Shown here: positions 21,787 through 30,458 of the stretch, piece by piece | Position numbering within the stretch: position 1 is the first letter of the stretch | Layout: each line of letters starts with the position of its first letter | Source of the DNA: Alphaproteobacteria bacterium | Lineage (GTDB): Bacteria > Pseudomonadota > Alphaproteobacteria > 16-39-46 > JABJFC01 | NCBI GenBank assembly: GCA_018662925.1 | Contig: JABJFC010000057.1 | Span: 19,194-83,193 of the forward strand | Direction: 5' to 3' | DNA: 64,000 nucleotides | Notes under the pieces: model-generated | What the model was told of the DNA's origin: nothing | What the model saw: only the letters and a program-made list of their open reading frames with translations | Database searches by the model: none | Translations under genes and position numbers: made by a program

Positions 21787-23259
21787 CTATGCACTTTCTC
21801 TAATGGCTTTTTGAGCAACAAGCTGATCTTCAAATGGAAGAATTTTATCCATCACTATTTGGCCCTTCTCATGACCTTTTCCAGCAATGACCAAAGTGTC
21901 CTTCTGCTCAAGTCCTTGAATCGCTTCATAGATGGCCTCAGCTCGGTCTCCTATGTCAAGGGCTTTGGGACATTTTTCGATGATTTGTTGACGGATTTTC
22001 TCAGGATTCTCGGTTCTAGGATTATCATCTGTTACAATAACCCGATCTGCACAAAGTTGAGCAACGGACCCCATGAGAGGACGTTTCCCAGGATCACGAT
22101 CGCCACCACATCCAAAAACCACGGCAAGTTTTCCATCGGTATGGGGACGTAGTGTCTTCAAAAGCATCTCTAGGGCTTCGGGTGTATGGGCAAAATCTAC
22201 ATATACTTTGCTTCCCTTCTCAGTATGCCCCACAAACTCAAGTCGGCCGATGGGAGCCTTCAAATGTTTGATAGATTGAATTGCTTTTTCAAGGAGGACC
22301 TGATCCTGATGGGTTCCATACAAGATGGCAAGAGCGCACATGAGATTCATGGCTTGGAACTCTCCAATAAAAGGCAAGATGATCTCATGGGTTTTTGAGA
22401 GAATCTCACACCGAATAGCAAGCGTATTGTCAGAAGGTTGTAGGTCAAGAATTCGGAATTCTTTTCCCTGCTTTCCATAGGTCAATACTTTGTGGCCACT
22501 CTGTTCACATAGTTCCTTGAGGGTTTCGAATTCTGGGATGTCTGCATTGAGAACAGCAGTCTTTCCTTTTGGAAGACATTCCGCGAAGAGGCGGCTTTTA
22601 GAGACAAAGTAATCTTCGAAAGTGGCGTGATAGTCCAAGTGATCCCGGCTAATATTTGTGAATGCGGCCACTTCCAACGCCAGGCCATCGGTTCGGTACT
22701 GTTTCAAACCGTGACTAGAGGCCTCGAAAATAAGGTGATCTATCCCTATATTACCCAACTTTTGGACAATTTCGTGGAGGCTAATTGTATCTGGAGTGGT
22801 CAGAGTGCTTTTTGACAAATCAGGGGGGAGGGGAAGGCTGGTTTGGAGACCGATGGTTCCCAGACTTGCACAGCTATAATCCAAGGATTGCCATAGTTGC
22901 TGTACAAACGAAGCAACAGAAGTTTTACCATTGGTACCCGTTACAGCGGCACAGTGTTTGGGCTGCTTTCCATAAAAATTCGCGGCAATCTGGGAGAGGA
23001 TTTTTCGAGGGTCCTCAGAGGTAAAAATAATCTCTGATGATTGGGAAAGTCCCTCTTTTGGTTGCGCTAGAATAGCACTAGCTCCCTTTGACAGCGCTTG
23101 CGGAATAAAGTCTCGGCCATCAACTTGTTCTCCATTGATGGCAACGTAAAGGGCTCCAGGCACCACTTGGCGAGAGTCTGAAACGATACGTGTGATTTCA
23201 AGATCTGCCTTCCCAGTAGCGGGAGAAAGAGAATCTGGCAAGAGATTAATAAGACGCAT
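21787..23259 (-). CDS. murE: UDP-MurNAc-dipeptide--meso-DAP ligase
   Basis: TGTNGKTS, EASSHG, DFAHTP, GCGGDRD, DNPR (DAP specificity), AGKGHE; start set at ATG 23259. Confidence 0.96.
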   Translation of the reverse strand: MRLINLLPDSLSPATGKADLEITRIVSDSRQVVPGALYVAINGEQVDGRDFIPQALSKGASAILAQPKEGLSQSSEIIFTSEDPRKILSQIAANFYGKQPKHCAAVTGTNGKTSVASFVQQLWQSLDYSCASLGTIGLQTSLPLPPDLSKSTLTTPDTISLHEIVQKLGNIGIDHLIFEASSHGLKQYRTDGLALEVAAFTNISRDHLDYHATFEDYFVSKSRLFAECLPKGKTAVLNADIPEFETLKELCEQSGHKVLTYGKQGKEFRILDLQPSDNTLAIRCEILSKTHEIILPFIGEFQAMNLMCALAILYGTHQDQVLLEKAIQSIKHLKAPIGRLEFVGHTEKGSKVYVDFAHTPEALEMLLKTLRPHTDGKLAVVFGCGGDRDPGKRPLMGSVAQLCADRVIVTDDNPRTENPEKIRQQIIEKCPKALDIGDRAEAIYEAIQGLEQKDTLVIAGKGHEKGQIVMDKILPFEDQLVAQKAIRESA

Positions 23260-24973
23260 GACGGAATCCAGTGGAGGGAATATCAATATGGAGCGCATCT
23301 TCAATGGCGGAATCTGACTCATTTACGGGATTCACCCCAAGGATGGGGGCGATTCTGGCAATAACATTGGCGCCCAGAGGTGCCGCTGTCCAGCCACCGC
23401 CGGTATATCCGAATGTCTCTGCTGATCCTTGAGGGCGGTCGAGCATCGTGAGGACCACATATTTAGGATCATGCATTGGAAAAGCGCCAACAAACGAGGA
23501 TAAGGTTTCTTTTGTGTTATACGTTTTACCGTCAGTTCTGTTGGCTGTGCCGGTTTTGCCTCCAACAACGTAGCCATCAACGTTTGCTTTTCGAGAGGTG
23601 CCGTCAGTTACGGCAAGTCTTAATAGTTGGCGCATTTGATGGGAAGTCTTTCTTGAAATAATCCGTTTTCCTTCTGGGGTTTCCGCTCTCTTAAGGAGAG
23701 TAGGTTCTACCATAATGCCATCATTTACAACACTTCCTACGCCCATTGCAAGCTGAAGGGGGCTAATAGAAAGGCCATACCCATAAGAAATGGTCATCAT
23801 ATTTATATCTCGCCATTGTTTTGGCGTGAGAGGGGCCCCAACTTCAGGAATTTCTACGCTGACTGGCTTCAAGAGTCCGAACTTATCCAGATAGGCAATA
23901 TGTCCTTCTGTTCCGACGTCCTGGGCCATTCTAACCATGCCAATATTTGAAGAATACTGAAAGATCTCGGGAACGGAGAGCCAACGGTTTTTTCCCCGAA
24001 AGTCGTTGATACTAAACTTAGCAACACGAATGGGATTGGAGGCATCGTACCCATCTTGGAAGGTAACCGTTCCTGTTTCTAGCGCCATTGCTGTCGTAAA
24101 TATCTTGATGGTAGATCCCATTTCATAAATGCCCAGTGTATTGGCATTAAAGCGCTCTTCCGACTTGGCCTTTTGCGGCATATGAGGGTCAAAATTTGGT
24201 TGGGAGACCATGGCCAAAATCTCTCCAGACTTTGCGTCTAGAACAAGGACACAACCGCCTTTTGCTTTAAAGTGTTCGATGGTTTTTGTCAGCTCATCAT
24301 TGACAGCATGTTGAACACTGAGATCTATTGAAAGTTGGACGTTATTTTTAGATAAGTCTACGTCGAAACCATATTCTATTCCTGCAATGCCCCTGTTATC
24401 TACGTCTGTAAATCCAAGAACGTGAGAAACGAGGCGTCCGTGAGGGTATACCCGCTTTTCTTCTCGATGGAAATGAAGTCCAGGAAGTCCCATGTGGTGG
24501 ACCAGGGCTTGCTGCTGGGGGGTGAGATTTCGGGCAATCCAGACGAAGTTTTTGTCAGAGGATAGTTTTTTCAAAAGGTCCTTTTGATCCAGTTGGGGAA
24601 ATATTTTAGTCAACTTTTCAAAAGCGTCTGTTGTGTCTAAGATTATTTTAGGGTTGGCGTACAAGGAGGCAGTGATGAGATTTGTGGCCAGAGTCTTTCC
24701 ATTTCGATCGAGAATGTTGAATCGAGCAACGCTGTGGCTTGAATGGGAGAGGAAATCGGAAATGCCTGGTTCATCCTGCCCTCGCAAGAGGGTCACATCA
24801 ATGAGCCTGTAAGAAACTGTCAAAAAGCCAATGGCAAAAAACAGACTCACCATTAGGAGTCTATTCCGGGCCATTTCCAACCCTTTAAAGAGGGAACCTA
24901 CAAATTCTAGGTTCTGTTTTTTAGAAAGGTCTACCGAGGAGTTTTTTTTCGGGTTATTGGGGAGATATATCAT
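23246..24973 (-). CDS. ftsI: Division transpeptidase PBP3
   Basis: YEMGSTIK (SxxK), SSN, KTGTA; dcw position. Confidence 0.95.
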   Translation of the reverse strand: MIYLPNNPKKNSSVDLSKKQNLEFVGSLFKGLEMARNRLLMVSLFFAIGFLTVSYRLIDVTLLRGQDEPGISDFLSHSSHSVARFNILDRNGKTLATNLITASLYANPKIILDTTDAFEKLTKIFPQLDQKDLLKKLSSDKNFVWIARNLTPQQQALVHHMGLPGLHFHREEKRVYPHGRLVSHVLGFTDVDNRGIAGIEYGFDVDLSKNNVQLSIDLSVQHAVNDELTKTIEHFKAKGGCVLVLDAKSGEILAMVSQPNFDPHMPQKAKSEERFNANTLGIYEMGSTIKIFTTAMALETGTVTFQDGYDASNPIRVAKFSINDFRGKNRWLSVPEIFQYSSNIGMVRMAQDVGTEGHIAYLDKFGLLKPVSVEIPEVGAPLTPKQWRDINMMTISYGYGLSISPLQLAMGVGSVVNDGIMVEPTLLKRAETPEGKRIISRKTSHQMRQLLRLAVTDGTSRKANVDGYVVGGKTGTANRTDGKTYNTKETLSSFVGAFPMHDPKYVVLTMLDRPQGSAETFGYTGGGWTAAPLGANVIARIAPILGVNPVNESDSAIEDALHIDIPSTGFRHASY

Positions 24974-24984
24974 ATGTTTGGTAT

Positions 24985-25338
24985 TTAATGTGTTGAATAG
25001 TTTGAAAGCATCAGGCGTGATGTGGGCTTTGTTGGGGGATTTTCGGGTTCAAATGAAGGATCGTTGACCCTATAGGGCAATCGGTTGAAGGCGAATATTT
25101 GGTTACTGGAAATAGGTTTAAGTTTCAAAAGTTGCTGCGATAATTTTTGGAGAGTGGAAGGATCATTGAGATGGCTCCATTCAGCTTCCAAAATGTGGAT
25201 AGTTTCTTCGTTCTTGAAGATTTGTTTGTGAACCGTTATGAGTTCTTGCTCAAGCTCGAGCACTCGGTACTTAATATGAAACAGAGCAACGCTTATGCAA
25301 ATTGTGAAAGCAATGAAAATGAGGGTAGAACGTCTCAT
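24985..25338 (-). CDS. ftsL: Cell division protein FtsL
   Basis: TM plus coiled coil with LEAEWSHLNDP; between rsmH and ftsI. Confidence 0.85.
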   Translation of the reverse strand: MRRSTLIFIAFTICISVALFHIKYRVLELEQELITVHKQIFKNEETIHILEAEWSHLNDPSTLQKLSQQLLKLKPISSNQIFAFNRLPYRVNDPSFEPENPPTKPTSRLMLSNYSTH

Positions 25339-26309
25339 GGCATCGTCCTACTTTGCGAAGGGAAAATCCGTTCAGCCACCCGAAGGCGCGCTGAACGGGA
25401 TCTGGGATTTTGGGAGATCTCAGACTGGGAAGGGGTAATGGCTTTGCGTGTAAGAAGCTTAAAGGTTTTATGCCCTTCTTCGGCTTCAGGCACATAACGG
25501 GAGAGCCCTTTATGTTCACTTCGATTCTTTAAAAAATGCTTTACGCATCGATCTTCAATGGAATGAAAAGAGACCACAGCAAGTTTTCCTCCTGGAGCGA
25601 GGATATTTTCAGCGGATTCAAGAGCCCGCTGGAGCTCTCCCATCTCGTCGTTGATGTATATCCGTATGGCTTGGAATGTCCTGGTCGCAGGGTCAATTTG
25701 GCCCTTTTTAGCTGGAATGATACGACGGACAATCTCAGCCAGTTGTCTCGTGGTGGTAATGGGCGTTTTGGCTCGCTCTCTTACGATGGCCCGCGCAATG
25801 GGGCGAGATTTCCGTTCATCTCCAAACTTATAGAGTATGTCCGCAATTTCTGTCTCTCCCAAAGTGGCCAAAGCGTCCGCGGCCGTTTCTGAAGATTCGC
25901 CCATGCGCATGTCTAAGGGACCATCCTTTTGAAAGGAAAAGCCTCGCTCAGCCTCATCAATTTGGAAGGAAGAGACGCCCAGATCTAAAGCGATGCCATT
26001 TATTTCTTTGGCGCCGTTTTCCTTGAGGAGCTGCTCCATATCGCCAAACTTTCCTAACAGAAACTTGAATCGCTGAGGAAACTCTTTTTTTAGGGAGGCA
26101 GATCGTTTGATGGCATCTTTGTCGCGATCTATGGCCCAAACAGTGCACTTGGCGGCGTTGAGTATGGAGCGACTATAGGAACCAGCGCCGAAGGTTCCGT
26201 CTACGTAGGTCTTCCCGTCCTCTGGGGCAATGGACTCTATAATCTCGTTGAGGAGGACGGGAATGTGCTGGGAGGCACATTGGGAAGGAGAAAAGGGAGG
26301 AGGGCTCAT
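25335..26309 (-). CDS. rsmH: 16S rRNA m4C1402 methyltransferase
   Basis: HIPVLL, DGTFGAG, DLGVSSFQ, RGFSF, PLDMRM, NPRSRSARLR. Confidence 0.98.
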   Translation of the reverse strand: MSPPPFSPSQCASQHIPVLLNEIIESIAPEDGKTYVDGTFGAGSYSRSILNAAKCTVWAIDRDKDAIKRSASLKKEFPQRFKFLLGKFGDMEQLLKENGAKEINGIALDLGVSSFQIDEAERGFSFQKDGPLDMRMGESSETAADALATLGETEIADILYKFGDERKSRPIARAIVRERAKTPITTTRQLAEIVRRIIPAKKGQIDPATRTFQAIRIYINDEMGELQRALESAENILAPGGKLAVVSFHSIEDRCVKHFLKNRSEHKGLSRYVPEAEEGHKTFKLLTRKAITPSQSEISQNPRSRSARLRVAERIFPSQSRTMP

Positions 26310-26782
26310 CGGGCACCCTCCTCAGGGGAAGAAGTATCAGTTAATTTGAGTGTTGCCTTCTTTTCGTGGATACGTTTACGAGCCTCACTCTGATGTTTTT
26401 GGAAGATTTCTGGCGACCATATCTGAAAAGTAGCTCCGCGACCCACGAATGCAGCATGGGATTCGATTTGAGCATGGGCCAAAAGTTCTTGTGGGAGCAT
26501 GATGCGCCCCTCACTGTCGAAGGGCAATTGATGGGAGTCAGCAAATATCGTGGAAGCAAAGTCATCTTGAGTCTCCGAAAATAAGTCGAGTCGATCAACG
26601 CTCTGAGAGAGTTGCGTCATACGATCGATCCCGCAGGCTTCAATTGAGGGAGATTTATAAGAACGAAAGGCAACAATCCCGAGGAATGGTTGTCCCGCAA
26701 GGGCCGTCCGAAAGGTAACAGGTACCGATACTCGACCTTTCTTGTCGATCTTATTTGTAAATGTGGAGAGAAATAGGGCCAT
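26306..26782 (-). CDS. mraZ: Transcriptional regulator MraZ
   Basis: DKKGRVSVP and DSEGRIMLP SpoVT-AbrB repeats; first gene of the dcw cluster. Confidence 0.96.
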   Translation of the reverse strand: MALFLSTFTNKIDKKGRVSVPVTFRTALAGQPFLGIVAFRSYKSPSIEACGIDRMTQLSQSVDRLDLFSETQDDFASTIFADSHQLPFDSEGRIMLPQELLAHAQIESHAAFVGRGATFQIWSPEIFQKHQSEARKRIHEKKATLKLTDTSSPEEGAR

Positions 26783-26843
26783 TTATACGTATCCCATACC
26801 TTTCAACATTACTCCCTACACACTGACCACAAACCACACTATT

Positions 26844-26879
26844 ATGGGATAGCATGGGATTCTATGGGAGTCAATGGGA
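26844..26879. promoter_or_regulatory. MraZ-binding (DCW-box) direct repeats
   Basis: ATGGGA four times at exact 10-bp period upstream of mraZ; matches known TGGGN MraZ boxes. Confidence 0.8.
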
Positions 26880-27123
26880 AAATAGCATTTCCAGGTGGGA
26901 TTATAGCCTACTTTGACGGGCTAGTGCTTTTAAATCACTGTGGATAAAGGCAAAAAAGAATTCGGCAGGCGAATATGTTTTTTCGCCCTCCATAATTTCA
27001 GCCAAGAGGAAAGCTTTAGATCCATCGTGACGGGCACACACTGGATGCATCGTGAGGGGAAGGCTCTGGATGCAATCATATACTGCGTTATCCGGCCCAT
27101 ACTGCGTTATCCGGTCCAAAATT

Positions 27124-27196
27124 CGTCTTCCCGGCCATTAGGAATTCTTAGCAAGCCGAAGGCGCGCTTTAGAATTTCTTATGAGCGCGGGATCCA
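27124..27196 (+). repeat. CGTC-type REP-like palindrome, family B
   Basis: CGTCTTCCCGGCCATTAGGAATT..GCAAGCCGAAGGCGCGC..AATTTCTTATGAGCGCGGGATCCA; near-identical copy at 55547-55618. Confidence 0.85.
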
Positions 27197-27282
27197 GGGG
27201 CCGGGAGTAAGAGCTTTGAGATCAAATCCATATTATTGGGCACTTTTGGCACACTGATCTCTGGTTACTAATCCCTGAAAGC

Positions 27283-27365
27283 TGGATACCGAGATACCAA
27301 CTCACTCTAAGACTTGCCGGCTTAAGACGCCGGCTCGCCAAGAGTTCGTAGGTTCCGGCATGACG
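27283..27365 (-). repeat. CGTC-type REP-like palindrome, family A
   Basis: tggat.cc..ataccaactcactctaag..ccggcttaagacgccgg.tcgcc.agagttc.taggttc.gg.a.gacg; copies at 55429-55511 and 9503-9577. Confidence 0.85.
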
Positions 27366-27455
27366 GCTATTTAATTCGTTCCCTTAAAATAGTTGCCCAC
27401 CCTATCCTTCCTCTTAAATGCCTGATACTGTCTCAAAAAAAAAGAGGGTGGCAAG

Positions 27456-28355
27456 GTGGAAGCTAAACAATCCAAGATAATTCATTTCATTATTTTTTTG
27501 TCTCTATTTCAGGCCTTATTATTGGCACAGGCCCCAATTTGTAAAGCATCCATCTGTGAAGAGCTTCGTTCGGAAGTGGATATTGACTTGGAACAGGCAG
27601 AGGTACTTTACACGAAAGAAAATGGGTATGTGGTATTAAAGGAGGGTCCTTATTATGCTTTATCCTTTAATGGAGGAGAGGATGTGCAGGGAACAAAAGA
27701 TCCTTCAGACGTTACTGAGTTGCCGCTTTTGTTTGCACGCTTGATGTCTATGGGGGTTTTGTATCCCAAGCATATCAAAAGAGTTCTTATGGTGGGTTTG
27801 GGGACAGGTATGTTGAGCAGTTACTTGCACCACTATTTCCCCGAGGCACACATTACCTGTGTTGATCACAATCCATTGGTTATTGAGGCGGCCAAGGCAT
27901 ATTTTGGGGTGCCAGATACAAGTCGGCATAAACTCGTTCTTGCGGATGGATTGACGTTTTTGAAAGACACCCAAGAAAAGTATGATCTAATCTTCTCTGA
28001 TGCTTACATGGAATTTATTCCAACCCATATGGCAACTGCTTCCTTTTATGCACTCGCTAAGGAGAAGTTGGCACCAAACGGTGCCTTGGTCCAAAATGCT
28101 ATTCCCTCCAAGCATCTCAATATTCAGCAAGTGCGGGAGAAGCTGAGTCAAAGTTTTGCACATGTGGATACGTACAATGAAGATGTGGCAGGAAATGCCC
28201 TGCTAGGAGAGGATGAAGAAGGGGATAATACAATTCTCATTGCTTATAACGGTCCCAAAATATCCAATAAAAGTTTCAAAAAGAGAGCAATAAGGCTTCA
28301 AAAGCAACATGGATTTCGTTATGGTCTGAGAGAGTTGTTGAAATGTTGGATGTAG
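27456..28355 (+). CDS. Exported class I SAM-dependent methyltransferase, spermidine-synthase fold (paralog 1)
   Basis: Signal peptide; VLMVGLGTG, CVDHNP, ADG, YDLIFSDAY; C-terminal GFRYGLRELLKC. Confidence 0.85.
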   Translation: MEAKQSKIIHFIIFLSLFQALLLAQAPICKASICEELRSEVDIDLEQAEVLYTKENGYVVLKEGPYYALSFNGGEDVQGTKDPSDVTELPLLFARLMSMGVLYPKHIKRVLMVGLGTGMLSSYLHHYFPEAHITCVDHNPLVIEAAKAYFGVPDTSRHKLVLADGLTFLKDTQEKYDLIFSDAYMEFIPTHMATASFYALAKEKLAPNGALVQNAIPSKHLNIQQVREKLSQSFAHVDTYNEDVAGNALLGEDEEGDNTILIAYNGPKISNKSFKKRAIRLQKQHGFRYGLRELLKCWM

Positions 28356-28400
28356 GTGGGAGAAGCATTTTTACGGAGATGTTATTGTAGAGGGGCAAAG

Positions 28401-29288
28401 GTGAAATTGAGAAGAACTAAACTTTTCTTTGCAGGGGTTATTATTTTTCTAGGTTGTCATGGGAGTGTCCAGGGACAGTTTGATAAAACTCTTTGTAAGA
28501 AACAAAGTAAGGAACTACACTTTGATATTAAAACGCAGGATTCTTTGAGTGGAGATAGGTCAGGAAAAAGCTCTTTTTCGGTTTCAAAAAAAGGAAAATA
28601 TATAAATTTTTCTTTTGGTGATAATGTCCAGCGAATAAGAAATTCAGAGGATCCCACAGAACTATCACAATTTTCGGCTCGTTTGATGACGCTAGGCCTT
28701 TTATATCCAAAAAAATTAGAAAAGATTCTTTTTATCGGTTTAGGAAGTGGGCAAATAAATTCCTACCTTCATCAATTCGCTCCAGAGATAGAGATAACCT
28801 GTTTAGAGGTTAAATCTGAGGTCGTTAAGGCTGTGGAGAATTATTTTGGTTTGTCTCCGGATCAGAAAATCGTGACCGAGGATGTGTGGGAACACCTCCA
28901 AAATACGAAAGAAAGATACGATATTATAATTTTGGATTTTGACGTAATATCTTCCCTAGGCAAACATTCCGGTGATCTGTCTCTATATAGGCTGATACGA
29001 AGTAAATTGGTAACCGGCGGTGTTTTTGTTGGAAATTTTCTCACAAAAATTGATCGTTCTCCCAGTGACATACGAGAAGTCCTTTTGAAGGTTTTCGATC
29101 ATGTTGATGGATTCAATGTACGGGAAGAGCCTAGTAAATTTGAGGAACAAAGAAGTGATGATGCAATTTTAATTTCATACAACGGCCCTCCTAAAACAGA
29201 AGAAATACTTTTAAAGCGAACGTTGGGTCTTCAAAAAAAATATAACTTCCGATACAATATCAGTGAACTTTTTTTGTGTTGGTACTAA
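28401..29288 (+). CDS. Exported SAM-dependent methyltransferase, spermidine-synthase fold (paralog 2)
   Basis: GTG start after AGAGGGG; signal with possible lipobox FLGC; ILFIGLGSG, YDIIILD; C-terminal NFRYNISELFLC. Confidence 0.82.
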   Translation: MKLRRTKLFFAGVIIFLGCHGSVQGQFDKTLCKKQSKELHFDIKTQDSLSGDRSGKSSFSVSKKGKYINFSFGDNVQRIRNSEDPTELSQFSARLMTLGLLYPKKLEKILFIGLGSGQINSYLHQFAPEIEITCLEVKSEVVKAVENYFGLSPDQKIVTEDVWEHLQNTKERYDIIILDFDVISSLGKHSGDLSLYRLIRSKLVTGGVFVGNFLTKIDRSPSDIREVLLKVFDHVDGFNVREEPSKFEEQRSDDAILISYNGPPKTEEILLKRTLGLQKKYNFRYNISELFLCWY

Positions 29289-29299
29289 TGAGGTTAATA

Positions 29300-30241
29300 A
29301 TGAAAAATCGCAAAAATGAAGGTGGTTTAGAACGCTATAGCTGCTTTGTTAAGTACTGTTTTATTGTTTTTACTATTGTTACTACTTGTTTTCAGTTGGC
29401 AACAGCATCGGATACTGCAAATCCCTTAGCTTGCTATCAACTTTCAAGCCAACCAAAATTCAATCTGAAGAAGGCTGACGTCATTGATGTAATTCAAGGA
29501 AAAGATATTTCGGTATATGTTTTAGAAGTTGGTCCCCATATAGGAATGTCATTCGAGAGAAAACATGATATTCAGTCTATGTATAACCCCTTAGATAGTA
29601 CTGAACTGGCTATGAGTTATGGGCGGATCATGACTCTAGGAGTTCTGTATCCTACGACAAAAGAGATTAAGAAAGTTCTTATGATAGGCCTAGGAGGGGG
29701 TAGAATTACCAGTTACTTGAGTCAGTATATGAAAAACACACATTTCACTGGGGTTGAGCTTAGTCCTGAGGTTATAAAGGTTGCTCAGCAGTATTTTGAC
29801 GTAAAACCTTCAGAAAAAATTAAGATCGTAGAAAGTGAAGGTTGGAAGTTTTTGAAGGGGAGTAAGGAAAAATTTGATTTAATTTTCTTAGACGCATATT
29901 GGAAGGAAATTCTTCCTGAACATCTTAAAGGTGAAGCGTTTTATAAAGAAGTGAAGAAGCATCTTGTTTCTGGTGGAGCGGTTGTTCAAAATGTATTCAA
30001 TAAAAGGTATTTTTTGTCAGAGGCGGAAGATGTAATGACAAAGCTTTTTGATCATGTGGATATTTTTGAGAGGGGACATAATTTTATTTTAATTGGGTAT
30101 GATGGGCCTCTAAAAACAGAAAGTGAGAAAGTAACACTAGCCGAGACATTGCAGAAAAAATATGACTTTCGATATAACCTTAAGGATTTATTTGAATGTT
30201 TTTTCTACGAAAGTATTCCAGACGCGCCGAGGAAGAACTAG
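29300..30241 (+). CDS. Exported SAM-dependent methyltransferase, spermidine-synthase fold (paralog 3)
   Basis: Signal ending LATA; VLMIGLGGG, GVELSP, FDLIFLDAY; C-terminal DFRYNLKDLFEC. Confidence 0.87.
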   Translation: MKNRKNEGGLERYSCFVKYCFIVFTIVTTCFQLATASDTANPLACYQLSSQPKFNLKKADVIDVIQGKDISVYVLEVGPHIGMSFERKHDIQSMYNPLDSTELAMSYGRIMTLGVLYPTTKEIKKVLMIGLGGGRITSYLSQYMKNTHFTGVELSPEVIKVAQQYFDVKPSEKIKIVESEGWKFLKGSKEKFDLIFLDAYWKEILPEHLKGEAFYKEVKKHLVSGGAVVQNVFNKRYFLSEAEDVMTKLFDHVDIFERGHNFILIGYDGPLKTESEKVTLAETLQKKYDFRYNLKDLFECFFYESIPDAPRKN

Positions 30242-30458
30242 CAGTTACTATTCATAAAAGTTTTAAAACAAGTCTTTTGGGTTTATTCCATAATGCAAAG
30301 CCAATTTGAGAGTTTTTGCTTTATCTTTCGGAGTTTTCTTTGTATAAATTATATAAAAATTGGTAGTTTCAAGGGAGCTACAGAGTGATCTGTTTTTCGG
30401 TACAAAACTTCTTCCCGTATTTTTTCCGTAAAATAGGGGCTATTCCAAAGATCAATTT

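Noticed and set aside
26901..27119. 72-aa ORF with a faint Kazal-like PVCA..DG..KTYS pattern and a 19-bp tandem duplication (27080-27117)
   Set aside because: Lacks the remaining Cys residues, a signal peptide and a clear RBS; at best a decayed fragment
26890..27270. Possible rnpB (RNase P RNA), often found upstream of mraZ in alphaproteobacteria
   Set aside because: Only GAGGAAAGCT is present, not GAGGAAAGTCC, and there is no ACAGAA.CCGGCTTA 3' motif on either strand
27456..30241. Annotation as speE spermidine synthases
   Set aside because: They lack the GGGDG aminopropyltransferase motif, carry signal peptides, and have no speD nearby
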